Source: an uncultured virus (IMG/VR IMGVR_UViG_3300022562_000410)
Taxonomy: Duplodnaviria > Heunggongvirae > Uroviricota > Caudoviricetes
IMG/VR virus record: IMGVR_UViG_3300022562_000410
Reading direction: 5' to 3' (one strand)
DNA: 20,000 nt
The notes below the pieces were generated by a model, which worked only from the letters and a program-made list of their open reading frames with translations, made no database searches and was not told the DNA's origin. Shown piece by piece: positions 1-8,952 of the stretch; positions within the stretch are counted from its first letter, which is position 1, and each line of letters starts with the position of its first letter. A program made the position numbers and the translations under genes.

Positions 1-45
1 GGGGGAGAGCTGGATTACATTGATGAGTATTATGTTTACGCTTAA
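1..45 (+). CDS. 3' end of an upstream gene (partial, ...GGELDYIDEYYVYA*)
   Basis: Frame 1 is open from base 1 to TAA at 43-45, just before the AGGAG RBS (48-52) of the next gene, as expected in a tight phage operon. Confidence 0.5.
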   Translation, partial: GGELDYIDEYYVYA

Positions 46-61
46 ACAGGAGTAAAGCACC

Positions 62-1990
62 ATGTCTCTCGTAGCCACTGACTGGACAATTGACCGGGCA
101 ACCGGGAACATCCGGTACACCGGGAACGACCACAACGGAGCTGCGCCGTCGTATGCCACAGTCATCGAATTCCATCGCTGGTTGCAGGACTTGGCGGACG
201 ACGCAGAGTTCGTGGGCGATGATGAACTCGACATCATCGATGACACCCCGTCTGATCGTTCAACCGACAACATCATCACCCTGATCAACGGGTTCAATAT
301 CGACGACACTGCCGCCGAACACCTCTACGACGGCTCGATCATTCAGGCGGGCGGCAACACGATCTACGACGGCATCGTGAACTTCGGCAACGCTGGCGTG
401 ATCATCCAGATTCATCAGGACGGAGCGGTCCTGACCGACGACTGGTGGAACTACTCGGTAGGTGGCAGCGATGATACCAGTACCAATGCCGCCTTCCTGA
501 CGGACAGTGGGGCCACGTTCACCACCAATGAGTTCGTTGGTTATTTCATCTACAACGTCACGGACGGCAGCTTCGGTCTGATCACGGCAAACACTGGCAC
601 CACGGTTACCGCGACCCTGCAGGGCGGGACCTTGGACAACTGGAACAGCGGTGATGCCTACCTGATCGCCAAGGGCTTGAATGAAGATTCAGCCTCCGGC
701 ATCTCGCACCGGTTCATGATCAAGGTGCGGACGGGCGGGGTAGATACTGATGGCCGTCGCCTGATCGGCACCACCCGGCGTTGGGGGTTCACCTACTCCG
801 AGTTCAAGATTTCAGCCGGTACCTCGCGAGGCAATAACGTACTCGCGCTGGGCGACTCGGCGGACCTGAACAACACTACGGCCTACAACACTGTGTCGGG
901 CTGGTCGACGATCGCCAACAGCACTGAAGGCTTTGTCCAGCTCGACGTCAACAACGACACGACTAACGAGGACTACTATTCCGAGTGGAACCGGGATACC
1001 TACACCATCAACCAGTTCTACGAACGGATGAAGTTCCTGACCACGGACGGCTCCAGCTCAACCTTGTATGGCCTGAACGGCGAACTGTTCCGTGGCATCA
1101 CCCATGAGCTAGACGTCGATGGTGGCAGCGGCACATGGGGCACACCAGAGCATGAAGAGATCACGTGGACGGGTGGTTCAGGGCGACTGCTGGCGGTCGA
1201 CAACAAGACCGGTACCAGCACCACGAAAATCTGGTTCCAGTTGCTCACTGGCGTCGTCCCGACCGACAACCAGACGATCACCGGCACTACTTCCAGCGCC
1301 ACAGCGGACGCTGATCTGACGACGGGAGCATTGACGGCACGCCCGATCTCGACACCCTTTGTCGGTGTATCCACCGGCTCGGCATTGATCGGTTCCTATG
1401 GGTTGTCTTTGGAGGTTGCCGACCTCGCCGCCACCGACACCGTGTTCGATCTGACCAATACAGCAATCACACCACCAAACAACGTGACCTTCACGGTATC
1501 GGGACTGGTTTCTGGCGAAGATCGGGTGTTGGTATCCAACGACAACACGGGTATTGACTTCACCCAAATGACGCTGGCCACAACCCTGAGTGCCGCTGCC
1601 GAGACGACAGTCGACGTAGGGGCTGGAAACATCCCGGTTGATACGCCAGCCAGCGGCACGATCCGCATTCAGCGGGATAACGGTCTTTACAGCCGTCATC
1701 CGTTCAGTGCCTATGACGCAGGACGCCAGAACTTCACAATCACCTCGGCAGACTTCAGCACCAACAATGCGACGTCAGGCAACGATGTGTTCGTAAGCTA
1801 CATCGACAAACTGGCAGGAGCGACCTCGGAGCAGTTCACCACGGTCTACAACGCCAGCCGGACGCTGTTCATCCGGGTGCGGGATGGTGGCACTGCGGGC
1901 GATCTGGAGGGCACAAAGACCTACGAGGGTACAGGCGTACTGGGTTCTAACGGAGGCTCGGTCACGATCAACCGTATTAGTGATGTCTAA
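62..1990 (+). CDS. Phage virion structural protein, putative tail appendage/fibre-associated (642 aa)
   Basis: AGGAG RBS at 48-52; Thr/Gly/Asp/Ser-rich, beta-strand-like sequence; strong GC3 bias; stop overlaps next start (TAATG); lies among tail-fibre genes. Confidence 0.75.
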   Translation: MSLVATDWTIDRATGNIRYTGNDHNGAAPSYATVIEFHRWLQDLADDAEFVGDDELDIIDDTPSDRSTDNIITLINGFNIDDTAAEHLYDGSIIQAGGNTIYDGIVNFGNAGVIIQIHQDGAVLTDDWWNYSVGGSDDTSTNAAFLTDSGATFTTNEFVGYFIYNVTDGSFGLITANTGTTVTATLQGGTLDNWNSGDAYLIAKGLNEDSASGISHRFMIKVRTGGVDTDGRRLIGTTRRWGFTYSEFKISAGTSRGNNVLALGDSADLNNTTAYNTVSGWSTIANSTEGFVQLDVNNDTTNEDYYSEWNRDTYTINQFYERMKFLTTDGSSSTLYGLNGELFRGITHELDVDGGSGTWGTPEHEEITWTGGSGRLLAVDNKTGTSTTKIWFQLLTGVVPTDNQTITGTTSSATADADLTTGALTARPISTPFVGVSTGSALIGSYGLSLEVADLAATDTVFDLTNTAITPPNNVTFTVSGLVSGEDRVLVSNDNTGIDFTQMTLATTLSAAAETTVDVGAGNIPVDTPASGTIRIQRDNGLYSRHPFSAYDAGRQNFTITSADFSTNNATSGNDVFVSYIDKLAGATSEQFTTVYNASRTLFIRVRDGGTAGDLEGTKTYEGTGVLGSNGGSVTINRISDV

Positions 1991-3837
1991 TGACCGCCGC
2001 AACATACACGACGAATCTTGCCGACATTTTCACGGACGGCTCTACTACCGGGTGGACCGCACTCGGTGGTGGGGCCTCCGGTCTGGCGCAGGAGACTGAT
2101 TACTTCATTCAGAACACGTCGTGCCTGAGCAAGGCGGCGTTTGCCTCAGCCACCAAGGGCATGATCTTCAGTTACGGCTCAGATGCCGGTGGCTCAGGAT
2201 CGGACGGTGCTTACATTGCGTGGATGACCCATACCGCACCGAACTCACTGGCAAACCGCAGCGCGGGTGGCATGCAGTTCCTGATCGGTTCCGGTACCGG
2301 CGACTACGAGCAGTACTACGTTGGTGGGGCCGACACCATGGTGTTCCTCGGCTGGGAACTGGTTGCTGTCAGCGAAACGGTCTCTGGGGACAACACCACC
2401 GGCTCCCCCTCTTCCACCGTGGAATCGTACTTCGGGGCGCTCTGGAACCTGCCCTCTGGTGGTCCAACGAAGGGCAACCCGAACGCCATAGACGCGATCC
2501 GCTTCGGGCGTTGCGATGCGATTATCGAGCTGGGCGACGCGACCCCCAACGGTCCAGCCAACTTTGACGACGCTATCTCGACGCTGGACTCGATCGCAAA
2601 CCGTTACGGCCTGCTGACACAGCGTAAGGCGGGCGCGGCGATCGAGAACTCAGGTCTGGTCCAGTTCGGCAGCAGCACCAACGCGGTGCTGTTCGAGGAC
2701 AGCGACAAGACGATCCTGCTGCGGAACCATCCCCACGTCACAGCCAACTTCCACACATGGGAAGTTCAGAACGCCTCCAGCTCGGTCACCCTGACGCGCA
2801 TCACGGTGCAGGCACTGGGTACGACCAGCCCCGGACGCTGGGTAACGACGGACAACGCCACGCTGGCCTTCACGGCTTGCTCGTTCATCGACATGGGCGT
2901 GTTCGGCTTCGAGAGCAACGCCAGCATTCTCGGCTGTCTGTTTCTGAGGACGGATGAGATCACGGCGAACACGGCAGACTTAACCGGCTCTTCGTTCGTG
3001 GATTGCGCGGCGGCGGCGGATGGAGCCTGCGTGATCTGGGATGTAGCTACTGATCCAGATGGCTACTTGGACGACACCAGCTTCGACTCAACGAATTCCA
3101 CCAACGCGATCCATGCGATCGAGTTCGGCACGACATCACCAACCTCGATTACCCTGCGCGGGATTGATTTCAAGGGCTTCAACGCCACCAGCGGGCAGAA
3201 CGACAGTACCTTCAATGTCCTGCGCGGCAGTGGTACCGTCACGATTAACCTCGTGAACTGCACCAGTGACGTCTCCTTGACCAACTCCTACAAGTCAGCC
3301 GGGGCGACGGTGAACATCGTGGCCAACCCAGTGACTACCACGGTTTCCTGTGTCGACAGCACCGGGGCGGCAATCTCTGGCGCACGGGTCTTCCTGCAGG
3401 CAGCGAATGGCACCGGTCCTTTACCGTTCGAGGACAGCATCAGCATCACCCAGACTGGCGGCGTGGCTACGGTCAGTCATACAGCGCATGGCCTTGCCAC
3501 CAATCAATACGTTGTGATCCGTGGGGCGACCGAGGAGGGCTACAACAAGGTTGCCCAGATCACGGTCACTGGCGCGAACAGCTACACTTACTCAGTGGAC
3601 AGCGGGCTGTCGTCCCCGGCTACTGGAAGTCCAGTCTCAACCGGCGTGCTGGTCTATGGGACCACGGGCGCTCCGGGGACGGTAACAGATACCCGGACCC
3701 TGTCAGCCAGCCAGCCAGTGACGGGATGGGCGCGGAAGTCGACCTCCAGCCCTCTGTACAAGACCGCTCCGATTACTGGCACAGCCAGTAGCTCGGCGGA
3801 CACGACCTTAACGGCGGTTATGATCGGAGATGAATAA
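1990..3837 (+). CDS. Phage structural/tail protein (615 aa) with probable beta-helix segment and a C-terminal beta-sandwich containing an E1-FCCH-like insert
   Basis: TAATG coupling at both ends. Central LAFTACSFIDMG...ILGCLF...LTGSSFVDC pattern suggests parallel beta-helix rungs. VTTTVSCVDSTGAAISGARVFL resembles a carboxypeptidase-regulatory/prealbumin-like fold. SITQTGGVATVSHTAHGLATNQYVVIRG...YN...ITVTGANSYTY (~3439-3600) matches the FCCH-like pattern seen in phage tail proteins. Confidence 0.72.
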   Translation: MTAATYTTNLADIFTDGSTTGWTALGGGASGLAQETDYFIQNTSCLSKAAFASATKGMIFSYGSDAGGSGSDGAYIAWMTHTAPNSLANRSAGGMQFLIGSGTGDYEQYYVGGADTMVFLGWELVAVSETVSGDNTTGSPSSTVESYFGALWNLPSGGPTKGNPNAIDAIRFGRCDAIIELGDATPNGPANFDDAISTLDSIANRYGLLTQRKAGAAIENSGLVQFGSSTNAVLFEDSDKTILLRNHPHVTANFHTWEVQNASSSVTLTRITVQALGTTSPGRWVTTDNATLAFTACSFIDMGVFGFESNASILGCLFLRTDEITANTADLTGSSFVDCAAAADGACVIWDVATDPDGYLDDTSFDSTNSTNAIHAIEFGTTSPTSITLRGIDFKGFNATSGQNDSTFNVLRGSGTVTINLVNCTSDVSLTNSYKSAGATVNIVANPVTTTVSCVDSTGAAISGARVFLQAANGTGPLPFEDSISITQTGGVATVSHTAHGLATNQYVVIRGATEEGYNKVAQITVTGANSYTYSVDSGLSSPATGSPVSTGVLVYGTTGAPGTVTDTRTLSASQPVTGWARKSTSSPLYKTAPITGTASSSADTTLTAVMIGDE

Positions 3838-4184
3838 TGAACGCAGGTGTATTGTGGAGTGCGTTTAATCTAATCATGACAGGCAATGTCCTCGGAATTC
3901 CAAGGGAGCATATGAGAATGCAGTTTGGATCGACCGATAGAGAACCGGAACCTACCGAGGAGCAAAAGCAGGCGCAAGCGGCTCGTGAGGTGCGTGACAG
4001 GACGGCGACGATTGCCGGAATCAGCGCTGAGCTGCAGATTCAATCACAGCGGATGGAGAAGCTGTTCGAGGAACTTCATCGAACACAGAACCTGTATCAG
4101 ACTCTGCTGAACCGTTTCGAGCAGTTCGAGCGGCAGCGGGTGAAGGAGCTGCAGAAGCTGCTGAACGGAGGGCCAACGGCCTAA
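3837..4184 (+). CDS. Small coiled-coil hypothetical protein (alternative start at ATG 3918)
   Basis: ORF fills the gap between structural genes; Q/E/L/R-rich heptad C-terminal half. ATG 3837 is TAATG-coupled, while AGGGAG (3903-3908) lies 9 nt before in-frame ATG 3918, so the start is ambiguous. Confidence 0.6.
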   Translation: MNAGVLWSAFNLIMTGNVLGIPREHMRMQFGSTDREPEPTEEQKQAQAAREVRDRTATIAGISAELQIQSQRMEKLFEELHRTQNLYQTLLNRFEQFERQRVKELQKLLNGGPTA

Positions 4185-4187
4185 GCG

Positions 4188-4694
4188 ATGGCGATCACGA
4201 TAGACTACGCCACCAAGGTGATCAGTGTGCCTCAGGGCGACTGCACGCTGGTCAGTGGTACGGTCTATACGATGGATACCGAGAGCGTGTTCCGGCAGAC
4301 TATCATGGCGCTACTGGCCGATGAGGATCACATCTGGATGGATGATGTCTATGATCATGCCACTCAGCGCTCGGTGGCCGGGGTGACGTACGCCAGAGCG
4401 ATCTCGATCATCAATGGCTACACGATCCAGTTCACGCCTGACAGCCAATGGTCGGTAGTACTGACCGGGTCCAACAATGATCTGTGGGACGTGCTGGGCG
4501 GAATCCTTGTCCAGAATCAGGTTCAGGTGATACCAACCAATTCGGCTGGGTTGGTTGTGGCGGGCACGGGCGGAGGTGCGACGGCGCAGGAAGTATGGGA
4601 ATACCTGCTGACCTCAGGGCAACAGGCACAGGCGGAGCTGATCAAGGCACGGCTCAACGCAGGGAACGCATTCGCCGTGAGCGCGGCGAAGTAG
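4188..4694 (+). CDS. Phage structural protein (168 aa), N-terminal domain related to that of the 62-1990 protein
   Basis: MAITIDYATKVI...IINGYTI aligns by eye with WTIDRATGNI...LINGFNI of the 62-1990 product; tight spacing with neighbours. Confidence 0.7.
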   Translation: MAITIDYATKVISVPQGDCTLVSGTVYTMDTESVFRQTIMALLADEDHIWMDDVYDHATQRSVAGVTYARAISIINGYTIQFTPDSQWSVVLTGSNNDLWDVLGGILVQNQVQVIPTNSAGLVVAGTGGGATAQEVWEYLLTSGQQAQAELIKARLNAGNAFAVSAAK

Positions 4695-4703
4695 GAGAAC
4701 GGG

Positions 4704-6524
4704 ATGAGCGAGATCACCCTATACGAAGGAGCAGCAGCCGCAACACCACCCTCTGGCGGAATCACCATCTATGCCAAGGTCAACCACCGGCTTTATTGGA
4801 AAACCGACACGGGCGTCGAGATTCCGTTTTATCCCGAGGGCGCGGGCACAGGTGATCTGAACTCTGACGGCAGCGTCGCCCTAACCGTCAACTGGGACAT
4901 GGGCAACTACCAGATGCGGGCGCTGCAGTTCTACCCAGATGCCACCACTGGCACACCGCCATTTGTGGTCGACTCTACGACTTTAGTCGCAAACCTGAAC
5001 GTCGATCAGCTCGATGGCTACGAGGCGTCCGCCTTCGTCCTGCTGGCAGCAACCGATATCTCCACTGCTGGGTTCTTCCTCGACGAAGACAACATGATCT
5101 CGGATGATCCAACCAAGGTAGCCAGCCAGCAATCGATCAAGGCTTACGTCGATATGAAGACGGCTGGGGCCCTGATGTTCCAGACGGGCTATAACGCCAG
5201 CACCAATAGCCCCGACCTGACGACCTCGCCGAACTCTATCCTGAAGGGCCAGTACTGGGTGGTCAGCGCTGCCGGAACCTCGTTCTACAGCCTGAATCTG
5301 GAGATAGGGGACACCTTGATTGCTAATCAGGATGATCCCTCGCTCGTGGGTCATTGGACGGTCCTACAGACGAATCTCGATGCGGCCAGTATCAAGACCC
5401 TGTATGAATCGAACAGCAACACCAATGCCTATCCAGATGCTGACGTGGCGGTAGTTGCCGCAGCCTTGGTCGATGGTGATTTTTCCGGGGCCAATGGCGA
5501 GATGCAGAAAACGGGCAGCGGAACCTACAGCACAATCAAGTGCGACTTTGCGGCCACTGCCGATCCAGATGCAAACTATGACAACACGGCTGGCTGGGCA
5601 GTTGGTAGTCGCATTATCAACGTCAACAACGACACGGTGTGGACGTGTGTTGATGCGAGCACTGCCGCTGCGTTATGGACGGAAGGCGGTGGCGCGGGTG
5701 GACTGGTACCACAGTTCAAGACCGCCAGTTTCACAGCCGTCGCAGGCAACATGTATTTCTGCGACACGTCAGGTGGGCCAATAGCCGTCACCTATCCTGC
5801 CGGAGTTGATCAGGACAACATCGCAATCTATGGCGATGCAACGTCAAGAGCGAACAACATCACCATCACGCCCGATGGCTCCGAGACCATCGACAACGAC
5901 ACCTCGTTCGTCATCGACCAGAACTTTGGTCAGGCGAATACTGCCTATGATGCCGCCAACACCAACTGGGTCTGTGCCTTAACCGGCATGCCAGAGGTGG
6001 TTAATGTCGAGGCTTACATCATAGGAGCACAGACTTTTATTTTTAGAGCTGGCGACTTTGGTTTGGGTGGTACACCACCGTCACTAGGAACGGCTGCTGG
6101 GAACTATGGCGTTAAGGTTCTGGCATTTGATGATTCAGCCTATGAAGCGGCAAACTTGGCCTTGCCGATGCCCAACCGATGGAACGAGGGACAGTTCAAA
6201 TATCGGATAATCTGGCAACCACTTTCAACAGGCACCGGGACAGTTCAGTGGGGAGTTTATGGAAACGCCGCCACCGATGGTAGTGTTATGCCAACTTCTT
6301 CGGTGGGCGCTTCTGTTGAAGATGCTGCTAGTGGAACGGCCAATGCTTGGCAAACCACCATATGGTCAGCATGGTTTTCATTCGGCAACACCCCTGATTT
6401 GACAAAGATGATAGCCCTCAGGGTGCAGCGTAATGGTCCGTCTGGGCCTGATACTTATGTAGGAGATGCAAACTTTATCGCCATCGAACTTCAGTGGGTC
6501 TCTAACGCAGCAACGGATGATTAA
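4704..6524 (+). CDS. Mosaic tail fibre / receptor-binding protein (606 aa)
   Basis: AGGAG RBS at 4693-4697. Chain of modules typical of phage fibres: TPPFVVDSTTLVANLNVDQLDG; DEDNMISDDPTKVASQQSIKAYVD (~5082-5153); YNASTNSPDL...GQYWVVS...IGD; GWAVGSRIINV...WTCVDA; KTASFTAVAGNMYFCDTSGGPIAVTYP...NNITITPDGSETID (~5718-5973, T4 gp9/gp10-like pattern); and a C-terminal beta-sandwich. Confidence 0.78.
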   Translation: MSEITLYEGAAAATPPSGGITIYAKVNHRLYWKTDTGVEIPFYPEGAGTGDLNSDGSVALTVNWDMGNYQMRALQFYPDATTGTPPFVVDSTTLVANLNVDQLDGYEASAFVLLAATDISTAGFFLDEDNMISDDPTKVASQQSIKAYVDMKTAGALMFQTGYNASTNSPDLTTSPNSILKGQYWVVSAAGTSFYSLNLEIGDTLIANQDDPSLVGHWTVLQTNLDAASIKTLYESNSNTNAYPDADVAVVAAALVDGDFSGANGEMQKTGSGTYSTIKCDFAATADPDANYDNTAGWAVGSRIINVNNDTVWTCVDASTAAALWTEGGGAGGLVPQFKTASFTAVAGNMYFCDTSGGPIAVTYPAGVDQDNIAIYGDATSRANNITITPDGSETIDNDTSFVIDQNFGQANTAYDAANTNWVCALTGMPEVVNVEAYIIGAQTFIFRAGDFGLGGTPPSLGTAAGNYGVKVLAFDDSAYEAANLALPMPNRWNEGQFKYRIIWQPLSTGTGTVQWGVYGNAATDGSVMPTSSVGASVEDAASGTANAWQTTIWSAWFSFGNTPDLTKMIALRVQRNGPSGPDTYVGDANFIAIELQWVSNAATDD

Positions 6525-6526
6525 TC

Positions 6527-7300
6527 ATGGGCGCTCTTTCTTCTAAGTTCACAGCTTATATAACAGATGATGCGACCATCGGGGATGCTGACATCAAGGG
6601 TGGCAAGATCGGCTATGGCACTGACGGAAAGCACGTCGGCACCATGCTGGCTGAGGACCCTTATTGGGCTAACGTGGTGTTCCTGCTTCCCTGTCGGACT
6701 GTTGCTCCATTCTGGTGGTATGCAAGCAGCGGTGGGCCGCTGTACGGTGGGTTTGATACAACGTCACCCAAGTTCGGGAATGTGAGCTATTACGCAGACG
6801 GCAGTGGCGATGTCCTGTTTGCAACGCTACCTGCCTTGGGTACTGGTGATTTTACTATCGAGACGTGGCTGTGGCCGATCACTGGTGGGGCTGGAAGTAA
6901 TTATGGCCGCATCTTTCAGATTGGTCCAAACAGCACCGCTGGTGGCTTATTTCTTGTCAGGAACAATGCGCCTAATCCACTGAGCTTTCTGTGCCAGTTC
7001 TGTTACACCTCATCGTATACAACATTGTTCAGCCCCGGCACGACGATCCCCAATACCACATGGGCGCATATCGCAATGGTCCGGGCCAGCGGTGTATTGA
7101 GCTTTTACGTGAGCGGGACGAGGGTCTATACCGGGACTCCAAGTACTTTCAACATCACGCAGACGTTGCTTTGTCTTGGTGCTAATAACTCTGCCGCTGA
7201 GAGCTTTAATGGCAAGTTCAACAACCTTCGCATCACGACCGCAGCGCGATACTCGGGGGCCACCCTGACCTTACCCACAGAAGAGTTCCCGACTTATTAG
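6527..7300 (+). CDS. LamG-like / concanavalin A-like jelly-roll virion protein (257 aa)
   Basis: Hallmark motifs DPYWANVVFLL, KFG..SYYADGSGD, GTGDFTIETW, WAHIAMVRASGVLSFYVSG and FNGKFNNLRIT..ARY...PTEEF. Confidence 0.85.
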   Translation: MGALSSKFTAYITDDATIGDADIKGGKIGYGTDGKHVGTMLAEDPYWANVVFLLPCRTVAPFWWYASSGGPLYGGFDTTSPKFGNVSYYADGSGDVLFATLPALGTGDFTIETWLWPITGGAGSNYGRIFQIGPNSTAGGLFLVRNNAPNPLSFLCQFCYTSSYTTLFSPGTTIPNTTWAHIAMVRASGVLSFYVSGTRVYTGTPSTFNITQTLLCLGANNSAAESFNGKFNNLRITTAARYSGATLTLPTEEFPTY

Positions 7301-7308
7301 GCAGGCCA

Positions 7309-8001
7309 ATGACCAAACTCTCAGATTATTTTCAACGGGTTCTAACTGGCCAGCAGCCGGGAGGGTTCAATGGAATCCTGTGTGATCTGAGCACTCCCAG
7401 AGGGGCTTCTGGTGCCTATACGCTGGACATGGCCAATGCAGTGATCCTTGCCACCGAGATGAGTCTCCTCAGTTCGGCAGGCGGGACGCTGGATTCAGAG
7501 GGATTTTTTACGTGGACTTCAGCCGTACCTATCGGCTCTAGTTCAGGTGCTCCGCCACGGCTGACCAGCGTTACCAGAGAATATCTTTTCGAGATTAAGA
7601 CCCTCACCACGCCAGCCGATGGGAACAACATCTATTGCATATTCAATTATGTTGATGCGAGCAACTACTGGGTCATCATTTTTCAGTACCTGACTGCCAG
7701 CACCCTTTACCAAGCTTATCTCTATGAAATAACGGGTGGCAGCGGCACGCAGCGCGGCGTTATCAACATGTCCACCACCCTCGACCATCCATCTTATTTC
7801 CGAATCACAGTGCGTGACTACGGGGATCGCGTTACCTTGTTTGTCGATGGTTGGAAGACCGACAACACAAGTTTGTACGACTCTAAGACTTTAACTTACA
7901 CCGTAGCCAGTCGTCCCAACAAAGGCGGCGTCGGATTTTATATCAATCTGGTCAACGGAAATAAATACGCCTTCAGGCGAATGCGGGTTGCAGATGTCTA
8001 A
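7309..8001 (+). CDS. Putative lectin-like beta-sandwich virion protein (230 aa)
   Basis: Aromatic-rich alternating beta strands (IFNYVDASNYWVIIF, YLYEITGG, FRITVRDYGDRVTLFVDG, GGVGF...FRRMRV) resembling ConA-like folds; follows the LamG gene. Confidence 0.6.
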   Translation: MTKLSDYFQRVLTGQQPGGFNGILCDLSTPRGASGAYTLDMANAVILATEMSLLSSAGGTLDSEGFFTWTSAVPIGSSSGAPPRLTSVTREYLFEIKTLTTPADGNNIYCIFNYVDASNYWVIIFQYLTASTLYQAYLYEITGGSGTQRGVINMSTTLDHPSYFRITVRDYGDRVTLFVDGWKTDNTSLYDSKTLTYTVASRPNKGGVGFYINLVNGNKYAFRRMRVADV

Positions 8002-8026
8002 TTCGCAGCAAACCGAGGTGTTAGTT

Positions 8027-8055
8027 TGTTATCATGGGTTAGCCAGTATTGGCTA
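8027..8055 (+). promoter_or_regulatory. Candidate extended -10 promoter element plus small hairpin upstream of the lysis cassette
   Basis: TG-T-TATCAT at 8027-8035 (TGn plus 5/6 match to TATAAT); perfect inverted repeat TAGCCA-GTAT-TGGCTA at 8040-8055; lies in the longest intergenic gap of the window (8002-8080). No convincing -35. Confidence 0.3.
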
Positions 8056-8080
8056 TCTTGAATGATTTGCGGAGGGGACT

Positions 8081-8545
8081 GTGACAGATCATAATGACGC
8101 AGCAAAGGAAGGCCGACAGATTCCGTGGAAGCCGGTGTCGATAGCAGGGATCATCACACTGATGGTGGCTATAGTTCCGATACACGATAGAGTGTACGAC
8201 TCCCGCTATGTCCGAACGGATCGTGACAGTTTCGAGAAGGTTCACAAGGAATTCGCCCTAAAAGATCAGGTGCTCACTGTCAGTGAAGCGATGCCCATCA
8301 AGGAGCAGGTCGCCAAGATCGATCGGAACTCCTCCCAGAACACAGAAAAACTCGATACGCTACTTATCTCATCGGCGATCCAGTTGGCGATTTCCGCCGA
8401 GGATCGCTACGAGCGATTGAGCAATACACCAACAGCCTCGGAACAGGACGTACACGACGCCAAGGCTACAATGATCAAAGCCCAGCGATACCGGGATTGC
8501 TTGTTGGATCGACAACCCAACTGTCAGGCCTTAAGGGTCTGGTAA
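8081..8545 (+). CDS. Single-pass membrane protein with coiled-coil domain, first gene of the lysis cassette (154 aa)
   Basis: GTG start with GGAGG at 8071-8075; hydrophobic PVSIAGIITLMVAIVPI; helical C-terminal domain with two Cys near the end; TAATG-coupled to the endolysin. Confidence 0.7.
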   Translation: MTDHNDAAKEGRQIPWKPVSIAGIITLMVAIVPIHDRVYDSRYVRTDRDSFEKVHKEFALKDQVLTVSEAMPIKEQVAKIDRNSSQNTEKLDTLLISSAIQLAISAEDRYERLSNTPTASEQDVHDAKATMIKAQRYRDCLLDRQPNCQALRVW

Positions 8546-8952
8546 TGAGTCTCGGGGCACGTCAGGAAGAGTTCATGGAGCTGGTGCCACGCTTGCTAGA
8601 CAAGGTCCATGAGCTGGGTTTCAGAATCCGTGGGGGTAGCCTCTTCCGTGATCCACGCCTGCATGGCCAGAAAGGGCATCCAGACGTGATGACATGGCTG
8701 GAGACCAACTTCCCTGAGGCCTTCACCGCCGCAGAGGCGGCAGGGTATCGTGGCTACGGCTCACGAGTCTCGCTGCACAAAGACAAGTGCGCCATTGACC
8801 TGAATCTGTTTCTTGACGGCCAGCCAGTGACGGGTACTGACGAGCACGCTCCCATTGGCGCATGGTGGGAAGAACAAAACCCGCTGTGTCGGTGGGGTGG
8901 TCGCTTCAACGACGGCAATCACTACGAATATCTCGCTGAGCCGTGGCGATGA
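8545..8952 (+). CDS. Endolysin, peptidase M15 family (L-Ala-D-Glu peptidase-like), 135 aa
   Basis: Start reassigned to ATG 8545 (TAATG overlap). Zn-ligand motifs SLH-x6-D (SLHKDKCAIDL) and WGGRF-x-DGNH, plus upstream R (FRDPR). Confidence 0.9.
   Translation: MSLGARQEEFMELVPRLLDKVHELGFRIRGGSLFRDPRLHGQKGHPDVMTWLETNFPEAFTAAEAAGYRGYGSRVSLHKDKCAIDLNLFLDGQPVTGTDEHAPIGAWWEEQNPLCRWGGRFNDGNHYEYLAEPWR

Noticed and set aside
4704..8001. Diversity-generating retroelement or invertible tail-fibre system
   Set aside because: No template/variable repeat pair, reverse transcriptase, invertase or inverted gene seen in the window.
8040..8060. Rho-independent terminator
   Set aside because: Stem is only 6 bp and is followed by TCTTG rather than a U-tract.
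8497..8544. Longer endolysin start (TTG 8497) given in the ORF track
   Set aside because: ATG 8545 is translationally coupled and begins the recognisable domain; the extension is not a credible signal or SAR sequence.
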